A DNA stretch of 62,573 bases, the filler included, from Intoshia linei (Eukaryota > Animalia > Orthonectida), in the NCBI GenBank assembly GCA_001642005.1. It is 6 parts of 6 records of this genome, joined end to end, with 100 filler letters (N's around TTAATTAATTAA, not from the genome) between each part and the next. Parts side by side here need not be neighbours in the genome. Positions count along the whole stretch, not along the records: positions 38,769 to 60,892 come from LWCA01000605.1; positions 60,993 to 62,573 come from LWCA01002561.1; 4 more parts are not named here. One strand, written 5' to 3'. Below are positions 52,250-62,573 of this stretch, piece by piece. The position numbers were made by a program, and so were the translations under genes. Each line of letters starts with the position of its first letter. Position 1 is the stretch's first letter. The notes beneath the pieces were generated by a model that was given only the letters and a program-made list of their open reading frames with translations, did not search any database and had not been told where the DNA came from.

Positions 52250-53876
52250 CTAAACTAAATCACATGGATCAAGAATTAGTGTACTTTGCTTCATAAATTC
52301 GACTAAATGTTGATTTTCAAAACATACACAACCTCCACCTCGATGCATTTGTGTAGTCTAAAATTTTTATTATATAAATTTAAACATTATTACTTGACGA
52401 TTTAAATCACAGGAACAAAAAATATTTATACTTTTCACATTTGATATATTAATAGTATAAGCCCATTTAGAATGATCTTTAGTGGAAAACCAATATTGAT
52501 CCATCATTTTAATTTTATTTATATTCATAACATTAAAATATATTGAACAATTTGAATGCATTCGACCTCTACCATTTTGCCAAGTTTGTACATTCAGGGT
52601 TGAAAACATGTGATTATTTAAATATGCATCGTATATGTCTTATATTAAAAAAATTATTTCAAAAAAATTTATAATTATTATTAATTACCAATATGATAAT
52701 TTGGAGATTTGAAACTTGTATCAAATTTGATACCATTAAAAATGCTATATACTTGAAAATTATAAATTCCGATTCCGCTATGATTCATTTTGGAAATATC
52801 AATATTAGTGTTTGTTACATGTATTCCAATTTTTAAGAGTTTTCTGACTATTATTATTAATTATAAAAAAAATAATAATACATATAAATACATTACAATG
52901 ATGTATTCTCTCTATTTTATAATTTTGGCGGAATATGGAAGCGATAAGCATGTTCATTTTTATGATAAATGATTTTAAATAATTTATGATAAAATTTTCC
53001 AAAAAATGTACGGTTATGTGGAGCACTCGAACTATGGACCTAACCTTAATTGTAGAGAAAATAACAAATCATTGTTGTTTTTAAATTACCAATAATTTTC
53101 GTATATAATGTTTCAAGTGATATACATAAAAATGTTTGACCATTTACTTTACCATTATGAGGAATATAAAACTCTTTAGAAATATCAATAAAGTGAGGAA
53201 GACTATGCTGAATCCAAAATCCTTCATAATTGTTATAATAAATTAATCCTATATTATAAAATTAATTGGTACAATTTACAATGTACAATGTATATTATAC
53301 ATTACCTTTAGCATGTGCTCCATCTATGAAAGAATGATTATGCCATGGTGGAGGTTGATCATTGTAAGTGAGGTATTTATTTGACTAAAATAATGTAGAC
53401 AGATGAGCCACGCGGATTTTATAACAAGATCGTTATAAAATTATTAATATAGCAAAGACAATATAATATGGATAATTCAAAATTTTTAAATGACAAAAAT
53501 TAAATAAATGAATACAATAAGTTATTGTCAATAACCGATACAATAAAATTTTTAAAAATACATAATCACTATAAAAAAGTGGCAAAGTTGTATGAAATAA
53601 TGGATTATTTCTAGTTTCATTAATGTTTAAGAATTTTTCAACATTATTTGATTCTGAATCGAAATATAAATAAGTTAATCCTAAATTATCATATGTTGCA
53701 TTCCAAAAATGTGGCATCTTGTAAATAAAATACCTAATTTTAAATTTTAATATTAACAATTGTAAATTGTATAAAATTTACCAATCCACATCTTTATTTT
53801 GATAATTTTTACATAATTGACATTTTGTATTGTTTATCCATAATATAAAAATATAAAGCAAATTAATGCAATTCAT
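52250..53876 (-). CDS. DNASE2: Deoxyribonuclease II (acid DNase), multi-exon, with signal peptide
   Basis: DVDW|YFIYKMP, YNDQPP, GAHAK|G, GFWIQHSLPHF, NGQTFLCIS, DHSKW, CDLNRQ and HRGGG. Confidence 0.93.
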
Positions 53877-54404
53877 TTCTTTAGTTTTTATATTTATATA
53901 CTTAAAGTATAGACTTTATTGAAAGTGATTTGACTAAATTTATTTACATTTAACTAGTTTATTGCAATTTTTCCATTTGAAATATTTTGAATATTTTATG
54001 TTACAACTGAAAATTTATTAAAGTGAATACAGTGACTTTATAAGGTGAGCAAAGTGAACCAAGGATAAATTTAAATTAAAATTTTGCATATTAATGTAAA
54101 ATAAATATTGAAAACGTAAATATTAATCCTACAATTTCAAAAAAAATGTGCATTAAACGTCTACACATTTCCAATATATATGAAAGTCTATATAATTCAT
54201 TTCTTCGAAATTTTTTATTGCTACGCAATTTTTAAATTTCAAATTATCATTTTCAAAACATTTTGAATAAAATTTAAATAAAAACTACAACAACGAAATT
54301 AAAAGTAATACAACTTTGTTATTATCATTTTTATATTTATTACAATCCTTTGCAATTTTGGTAAAATTCGCCTGAATTATGTTTATATAGAAGAATTTTC
54401 TTAA

Positions 54405-54660
54405 ACCCAACCATTTTTACTAAAAATCAAAATTTAAGAAAAAAATCCCAATTTTACCAACCCTAAAAGGAAAAATTTAGTTCTAAAAACCATTTAGGGA
54501 AAATTTCAGTTTTACCAACCTTTAAGGGAAAAATCCACTTTTACAAACCCCTAAGGAAAAATTCCAATTATACCAACCCTTATGGGAAAACCCACTTTTA
54601 CCAACCTTTAATGGAAAAATCGAGTTTTAATATTTTCTTTAACTTTCTAACCTAACTTTT
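54405..54660 (+). repeat. Minisatellite-bearing dispersed repeat (same family as 6782-6951)
   Basis: About 7 imperfect 29-30 bp units (ttttaccaaccctaaaaggaaaaa), followed by ctaacctaac. Confidence 0.75.
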
Positions 54661-55280
54661 TTTAAATTAAAAATGTTAAAATTTTAAATTAAAATAAACA
54701 ATGTAGGCTAGTATAGCCGAATTTTTTCTAAATTTCTTGCAGTATATTGGATATGCTGTATAAATATATTTAATTTAGCGTTAATGTATTCAAATGTACA
54801 TTGTACATTGTACATGTAACTATTGCAAACTTTAAATATAATAAAATAAGACTATCGTTATCAAAATAATATATCAATAAAAAAAATCAATACTTTTCAT
54901 TTTCTTGAATTTAAAAATATATTCAAAAATAAAAAAAATATTTCATCTATTAAAATTACGAAAAAGACATGTATGTGCCATATAATGTAATTAATAATAA
55001 TTTATTAAAATTTTAAAGAATACAAAGTAACTATAAATTGAAAAATTTTTGTAGATTCTATGTTACAATTGTATTTTCAAACATGTATTTATACTTATAT
55101 TTTTTACTTTTAATACATTTTAAAATGATTAAAATACATGTATTAAATTACACAGACTATTCAAAATATACAACAAATACTATACCAGTCATAAAATTAC
55201 AAATTAACCCACTTTATAACCACCCACATAATACATGTACATTACATTTGATCATTTAATACATTAATATTTATAAAAAT

Positions 55281-58067
55281 ATGGTCATATATTATATTTA
55301 TCAATTTAAATTTTTTTAGATTTCTGGATTTGATATTGGACAAGAAATTCTTGAATCTATACAAAAAGTTTATAGAAAAAAATTAAGATATGTTATTTTA
55401 CGATTTGATGATAAATATCAAAATTTACTTTTAATTAAAACTGCTAAATATGAAAAATTTGGTATTTATTATAATAATATGTACATTAGGGCTATTCTAA
55501 ATCTAAATTTGAATTTTTTTTGAAATTTAAAAAAGCCATATATAATAATCTCTATTTAATTTGGTGTAGAATGATATAATTTTTTTCATCACAAAAAACC
55601 TGCGCGTATTTACCTTTTTCTGTTTTCCAAACATTTTTCATAGTAAAAAAATATAACATAAATCATGTGACATTAATTATATTAATTAAAAAAATCAATA
55701 AAAAATCGTTTATTTTAGACACAGTTCACGGACAAACTTTTCGTCATTTTTAAAAAAATTATATACAATGTAATTTAAAAAAAAGACATGAATTTATATG
55801 AATTGAGTCAAAATATTTTAAATACTTCAACTCAAATATTTTTGAAGTACTATTGTAAAAAAATAATTTAGTCAAGTTTATATTATTAAAAGTAAAAGGA
55901 ATTTAAAAATGATAAAATTTAATTCATCATTTTGTGAATATTTTATTAACGTAGATACTATTTATATTTTTTAACTATTTTTTTACATGAGTACATTTTT
56001 ACATAGAATATTGGTACGAATTTAAATTAAATTTAATTTAACAAATAAATATTAATTTAATTTGTTTATAGTTTTGGAACATATATTTTCAACTTTAATA
56101 GTTAATTTACTAATATTAATTAATGTCGAAAATGTTCTTTCACAAGGTTGAATAATCATTATTATACCGTTTGATTTAATAAAATATGAAAATATTTCGA
56201 ATATTTCTTGTAAAGTTTCAAATGATGAAATCATTTCAATATTTGACATTTTTACAAGTTTTATAAATTTGAAAAATTAATATAAATTAACAATTGATAT
56301 TATTTAAATTTATTAACACGGCAGCGGATTATTAACATTTTCAATAAACTAACTGAGAAATCATAAAATTAAAACTTTAAATTTCAAGACGGGGGGTTTT
56401 TTTAGATAAAAATTAAAAATATTAATATCATTGTGAAGCAAATTAAGCGGTGCTCATATTCTATATATTTTATTTTTATATTAGAAAAATGGAATAGCCC
56501 TATTATACAAAGTAGATTCATACCTGACCTATATAATATGCTAAGCGATTTTTGTTTGTGTGTGTGTCCAGCTTTATTTCAATAACTACCAGTCTTTTAA
56601 TTTTATAAAGTCCACATTTCAATTACAGTTTTTTCCGGGGGTGTTCGCAAACAAATTTCAACCTTACCAAACTCACATCTTACGAATCAAAAACCCAAAT
56701 TGTCCCTCTTTTTGAAAATCAAACGAGTTGGAGAAATTAAAAAAATATATATGCTGATATGCATTTTAAAATCCTAAACATTATCATATATTTAAATTCA
56801 AAAAAATTATATCTTCAGGGTCAAAATCCCAAATTACCCTTATTTTTTTAATGAAAACAGCCCTATCATTTCAAAAAATTGACAGGTTGTACAGTTATAT
56901 CATGTTAATACACACAGAAAATTTCAATCAGAATAAGTGACGACTTCACAATCAAAAAAGCATTTTAGTATGCATATTTTTTTTATAAAATCTGTGTTCG
57001 TTGTAAATTACCACGCAATTTAATTTTTCGGCCCAAATAAATATTTGTTGCTAATATAATGCAAATGGAGTCTGATATCCCATCTCTATAATCTATTTTT
57101 AATGACAATCATAAACAAAAGTTACCCATTTTATTTTTTACTAATTAAAAATCAATGTATTACGTTTTTTATCAATTTTTAATAGATACATTATTATTAT
57201 ACATTTATTATATTAAATTAGATGGCTTTAATTAAAAATAATTACTACCATCAATAATTAATATCATTTTTCACTTTATTCTATTTTTGTAAATTTGTCT
57301 GTAAATCTATAAAATATTTCATGAACCCCTGGGGTCCACATGAACCCGTTGATAATGGTTGGTGTATATTTCTTTGTCATGTATTATTCAAAAACTAAAA
57401 ATAACAAGAAATATGACAATTTAATCGTTTTTATTTAAAAAAATGAAATTCTGTTAGCAAGTGTATTATTATGGGAAAAATTCCTTATTAGTTTCCAAAT
57501 TTGGAATTCCGTTAATAAGGATAATAATAAGGATTTAACGGTATTTTGATCAAAAATAAATTTTTTTTATGAATTTAATATCCTTTTCAACCATTAAGTA
57601 CAATATGTATTTTTAATATTATTGGCATACGTTTTACAATTTTTATTATTAGGGCTGTTTCCTAGAATTTTTATACATTTATTTTTTAGATAAATCTACA
57701 TTTTCCGAAATTGTTGATTATTACACCTCTCAATGTCCAAAATCTTTCTTGTATAGTTTTTTTCATTTTGAATACAATAATAAATCCGGTCATTTCAGAA
57801 ACCGAGTTGCCTGTTTAAAAATGTAATTTAATCATGTTACGCATGTCACAGAAATTTAATATTTAATTATTTAAATTATAAATTTTAAAAACTAGTGGAA
57901 TACCAGAACGTGCCGAAATTCGAGAAAAAATGATTTATGCTTCATCATACAAACATTTACAACAAGTTACAAAATGTAACACATATATTGATTGCACAGA
58001 TATATCCTCACTAGAATATGATAATATCGTCGAAATGTTGATTGAAAAATGTGAAAAATATGAATGA
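55281..58067 (+). CDS. ADF/cofilin-family protein, exons 55281-55283, 55320-55461, 57690-57822, 57896-58067
   Basis: M|ISGFDIGQEILESIQKVYRKKLRYVILRFDD...LYSFFHFEY...RNRVACLKIGIPERAEIREKMIYASS...IDCTDISSL. It has an ATG-only first exon, as is common in ADF/cofilin genes. Confidence 0.88.
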
Positions 58068-58342
58068 AATTGCTGCTAATTTATAATTATATTAATTATT
58101 TAATAATATATTAAATTTGTATTTTTAAAATAAAAATATAAAAAAAAATCTAACAACTTGGTATAATTAAATAATACTAGATAATAGCTACAAATAAAAT
58201 AATAAATAATTATTATTTATTAATGTATAATCAAAAATTCAAAACGCAAAAAATATGATAAAATATTAATGTTTATATCACACAATTTGGAAATTAATTA
58301 GTATAAATATAAAACTAGGAATATAATCTTGAATACTGAAAT

Positions 58343-59921
58343 TTAAAAAGATGTCCTTCCTTCATCCAAAGCACTATACGTTGCTTCAGCTTGTATAGTT
58401 CCTTCTTTTTCATAATCATATCCAGGATTTTGCCAACCTTCAGTACCAGAAGATTTCCATTTAGGTTTATAATTCGTAGGATTTTCTGCAACATACCCTC
58501 GTGTTTTATCTTTTTTACAACTTATTGTAGCAATTACAATTGTAACCAACAAACTCAATATAACCATCCAAATCATTAATCCTAGTATCAAGTATGGATT
58601 TAATAATTCAGCGCACCATACACAATTTGTACCTAGAAAATGGTTTATTATTACTTAGTAGTTTTAATTACTTTTTCCATATGATAGTCCTACGGATGGT
58701 CCAGGAATCCCTCTCTCACCACGTGGACCAGGAAATCCTACTTCACCTCTATCTCCTTTTTCACCCTAATTTATGTTTTTTAAGCATAAATAAAATATCA
58801 ACCTTTGGACCACTACGATAAACGATTATTTGGCTCAAATGTCTTCCTGGGACACCTAAAGTCTTTGGACATTCTGGAAATTTTTCAAATAGTGGGTATT
58901 CTGACATATCTAAATTAATTTTATTTTGTTTACTGTTAAATCAAAAATTTCACAATTTAAATGGAATAAATGGTATTTTAATTAATTCAATTATGAGCCT
59001 ATTCAATAATAAATATTTATTAATATTCTATGTATTAAGTTTTTAGTTTCGGTTCTCGAAAGCCTAGTGCCTATTCCCTTACTCGAAATGACTAATGCCG
59101 TATTAGTAATGCGGTATGATGTTTATTGTATTTTATTTTAATAAACCTGTATCAATATATCCCACAACAGATAAGGTATATGGGTAATATAACTTGTCTA
59201 CTGCAATATCTTTTCCTAATTCGAATTTATCTTTTCCTCTTTTAAGTGGAACCATTTGCATATTATTAAGTGTATCGTCGAAAGTATAGCCTATTGACGG
59301 TTTACCATCCTTTAGAAATATTCCTAATTTGTCATTTAATTCAAGGACCATGCATTTTTGTCCAGGGAGCGTATGAATTGGAATCTAAATACATGTATGA
59401 AATGTTAATTTTACATTTAACGTGAAATGTTACATTTTAAATTATTAATATACATGTATTACAATTAATTCTTAAAAAAGTTTTGAGATTCATTATAAAA
59501 TGGAAATACTGTAAACTTTCCAATGTCGCCATCGCTCACTGGACAATATCCAGTGGATATTGATAATATATCATTATAAAAATGTCAATATTTTTTCTAT
59601 TACTCGTCGTGTAATTAATATTAACCTGTTTTGTAAAATTCAAATAAAATTACATCTTCTAGTCCAGTAACTGTAGGAGTATATTCCAATTCATGGATTA
59701 ATGTGTAGGCAGTTTTATTATTTATTGGTTTAGCAGATCTCCATATTTGAAAAATTACAGGATTTAGTTCAACAAAATATGCTGAAAATGCGTACAAAAT
59801 TCCTTCATTTTGAACAGAGTTTCTTAATATGAGTGAATTGTTCAACCCTTGTGCTGCTGCAGAAACTTTATCTGGGATGGAGCCTATCGATACAACTTTT
59901 TCATATGCTTCAATTTCATCT
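58343..59921 (-). CDS. Single-pass membrane protein with a short collagen-like (Gly-X-Y)9 stalk; 5' end not found
   Basis: Exons give GILYAFSAYF...FQIWR..., then GPK|GEKGDRGEVGFPGPRGERGIPGPS, TM LILGLMIWMVILSLLVTIVIATI, and a cytoplasmic tail with NPGY ending TSF*. Confidence 0.75.
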
Positions 59922-61939
59922 AAAAGTTTGAAAGTATATATATAATATTTTTTAAATTCTCCAACTTGTTTAATTTTTAAAAAGAGGGACAATTTGGGTT
60001 TTTGACCCGTAATATGTGAGTTTGAAAGGTTGAAATTATGTTTGCGAACACCCGGAAAAAAGTGTAATTGAAATGTGGACTTATAAAATTATAATACAGG
60101 TAGTTATTTAAATAAAGCTGAATACACACATAGACACACACAAACAAAAATCGCGTAGCATATTATATAAGTTAGGATATAAATCAGGACAAAAATATAA
60201 TATATATTGTATAAAGGTCGCTAAAGAGCAGATCCTATGAGTAATAGACCTATAAAGTTTTAAAAAAAATTTGAAAACGATGCGTAGTGTTATATAGCCG
60301 CTAGCCACGACTCCATGGCTTTTGACTTGATATTTTAAATTTAAATTTAAACAAAATGGTTAAGATATTCAAGAATATAATTTTTTAATGATTAATTTGG
60401 AAAATTGAGGCACAATTTTATAAAAATTTTGTATACCCGAAGAGAGGTTTTAGGGTACTGTATTGTAAGTTCGGTAGTGTCAAATATGTACTAGTGGTCC
60501 AAATGGGTTTTATTAAATATTTTGAGATAATTTGATGTGTTTGACTACCTCGGTATTTTTCTTTAAAGCCGTGGTTCCAGATTAAAGTAGTGTACCCCAT
60601 TTTAAAATATTTATATTTTTTTGAATTCAAAGGCAACATGAAATATAAAACATTTATGAAAAAATTAAGTTTTTTTTCAACAGATATAGTATAATTATAA
60701 TATAATTATGTATGATCGAGATTTCACTGTACAGTCAATTATACATACAGCAAAATTGTAAATTTAACTTTAGTACACATAGATAATCAAAACTTCATAT
60801 TACATTTTAAGTTTAGTCTAAACTTTAAATAAATCTGTTGAAATAAAAATTAATATTTTTAATAAATTATTTTATACTAAATAATGTTGAAANNNNNNNN
60901 NNNNNNNNNNNNNNNNNNNNNNNNNNNNNNNNNNNNTTAATTAATTAANNNNNNNNNNNNNNNNNNNNNNNNNNNNNNNNNNNNNNNNNNNNAAAAGTTT
61001 ATACCCTAAGACATCGAGTTTTCATACAATATAAGGTAATTTAAAGTGTTTATAATATAAACTTTATATCAATGATTTATCAAAATATTTTTCTTACGGC
61101 ATTCTTACTACATAATGTTCTCTACACGGAACTACTAATTTCATTGATGAATCAGATAATTTTTTAAATATTATTAACAATGTTATGCTATCGCTGAAAA
61201 TGTGTAAAATAATATTGATTCCCTAATAATTCTAATTATTGTCTAATATTAAAAATATACCGTATGAGATACCAGATCAATTTGAAAACTAACAAATTCT
61301 ATTTAAAATATTTATTATTTATAAGATTTCTGTTTTCCAATTTATTATTAGTAATATAATTAATTTAAAAAATTAAGAACCACTGCCCTAATGCATAATA
61401 TTAATATCATAATGCTTGTAATTTCATACCGATAAACATAACAAAAATTAACTTTATTAACTTTTGATAGTTTAACATAGTAGTTAATTTTTTTACTACA
61501 ATTTGACAGTGTTTTTATAGCTAGTAGACAATTTATCTATAAAAAATATAATTATACTAGGGCGCGTCACATAATTAGCATAAAATATTTTATATAATGT
61601 TGGATGAGTTAAGTGTATATAATTTTTGATATTGAAGATGAATCTATTAAATTATTTTTCCGTAATGTAGATGTGTATTTTCTATAACATGATTCCTGCA
61701 AATGTTCTTAATAGTTTTTGTAATTAATAATTATTAGAGAAGCATCAAACATTTTAAAAATTTTTGAAAATTTTAGGAAAAAAACTGAATTGACTAACAG
61801 AAAACCTAGACTAAAGTTAAATTTAAGAATTCCTAATATGTACGTAAATAAATATTTACATTGTACAATAACATTAACTATCAATATTGCAAATTAAAAT
61901 TTATACGTTTACTTTAAAACGGTTTGAATTTTTGCACAA

Positions 61940-62573
61940 ATGAAAATAATATGGGTATTGGCAATTTTGATCTATGTAAACGCCCGTCAAATTGAAAATC
62001 CTTTGGAAAAAGTAACATTTGAAAATGGGAAAGAAAATTCTTCAATATATAAATTTAATAATGTATTTGTCGAGAAGAATGATGATTTAATAATGATATA
62101 TGAATATCTGAACAACAAATTTGAAATGATTGGATCGTATCATGAAATGTTAAGATTAATATGGATAGGTAATATGTATCTTGGTTATGTAAGTGATGGT
62201 ACTGAGTATAAATTAATCGTTATATCATCTGAAACTAAAAGTTCTGAAACAAAAAAAGTTCGTGTGATGCCTACTAAACACATTATATTTAGTAAAAGGA
62301 TCTATGTTAATGGTAATATAATAAAAGATATTGATAGAAACACTATTTTTGCATTAAACATCAAAAACATAATTCGTACATTTACTTTTAAAGTTAATCA
62401 AGTAATAAAAGTTGATGGCACTAACAAAATATATATTGTATCCTTGAATGATTTATATTTGTATGATGCAAAATTAGATGAATTAAAAATATTTATGACA
62501 AATATTTCAACAAGTTATCATATTAAATATGATTCTAATTTTTTGGTTATAACATTGTTGGATAATACAAAAA
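61940..62573 (+). CDS. Secreted or membrane protein N-terminus, open to the window end (absent from the ORF track)
   Basis: 211 uninterrupted codons in very AT-rich DNA. Signal-peptide-like MKIIWVLAILIYVNA|RQ, followed by short beta-strand-like hydrophobic segments. Confidence 0.75.
   Translation, partial: MKIIWVLAILIYVNARQIENPLEKVTFENGKENSSIYKFNNVFVEKNDDLIMIYEYLNNKFEMIGSYHEMLRLIWIGNMYLGYVSDGTEYKLIVISSETKSSETKKVRVMPTKHIIFSKRIYVNGNIIKDIDRNTIFALNIKNIIRTFTFKVNQVIKVDGTNKIYIVSLNDLYLYDAKLDELKIFMTNISTSYHIKYDSNFLVITLLDNTK

Noticed and set aside
57578-57587. ATATCCTTTT in the cofilin gene as a U12 donor
   Set aside because: It is deep in a GT-AG intron with no upstream exon or matching branch site; the cofilin frame is complete without it.
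44000-58067. Beta-thymosin and cofilin on one contig as an actin-regulation cluster
   Set aside because: They are 11 kb apart and separated by three unrelated genes; chance proximity is sufficient.
42201-60308. Many 60-75 aa I/F/K/N-rich track ORFs (e.g. 42201, 47162, 49772, 55038, 56052, 60108)
   Set aside because: They fall within repeats, introns or AT-rich intergenic DNA, with low-complexity composition and no motifs.
1-62573. Prokaryotic systems (operons, CRISPR-Cas, defence islands, retrons), rRNA or tRNA genes
   Set aside because: Genes are spliceosomal-intron-containing eukaryotic orthologues, the only RT is a decayed Gypsy fragment, and I recognised no structured RNA gene by eye.

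Overview
This is very AT-rich, intron-containing animal genomic DNA, not prokaryotic. It consists of six separate assembly pieces joined by artificial N-TTAATTAATTAA-N spacers (6952-7051, 21193-21292, 27605-27704, 38669-38768, 60893-60992), so synteny across spacers is meaningless. Many introns are only about 33-55 nt and the proteins are highly divergent. This would fit a compact parasitic-invertebrate genome such as the orthonectid Intoshia (inference only). Manual splicing recovers about 15 host genes: mitochondrial thiolase, SEC22, the 5' part of V-ATPase subunit a, a CD225/dispanin, an NDRG-like gene, UTP6, an NCOA5-like gene, GET3/ASNA1, HSBP1, a two-repeat beta-thymosin, PLRG1, a small orphan, DNase II, ADF/cofilin, a collagen-stalk membrane protein, and a secreted protein running off the window end. 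Introns and intergenic DNA are packed with decayed transposons: a Gypsy remnant with a short LTR, Tc1, pogo/Tigger, several hAT groups, a Harbinger-like fragment and an abundant Helitron-like family. Three observations stand out. (1) HSBP1 has a minor-spliceosome (U12-type) AT-AA intron enclosing an in-frame GT-AG intron, a candidate twintron that would add a 24-aa hydrophobic insert. (2) A decayed, intronless, GC-richer foreign ORF of about 620 codons (possible endogenous viral element) sits inside a pogo transposase and is itself split by a hAT insertion. (3) The CD225/dispanin gene has a tandemly duplicated alternative terminal exon. All gene models and family calls come from manual translation and motif recall, without database searches.
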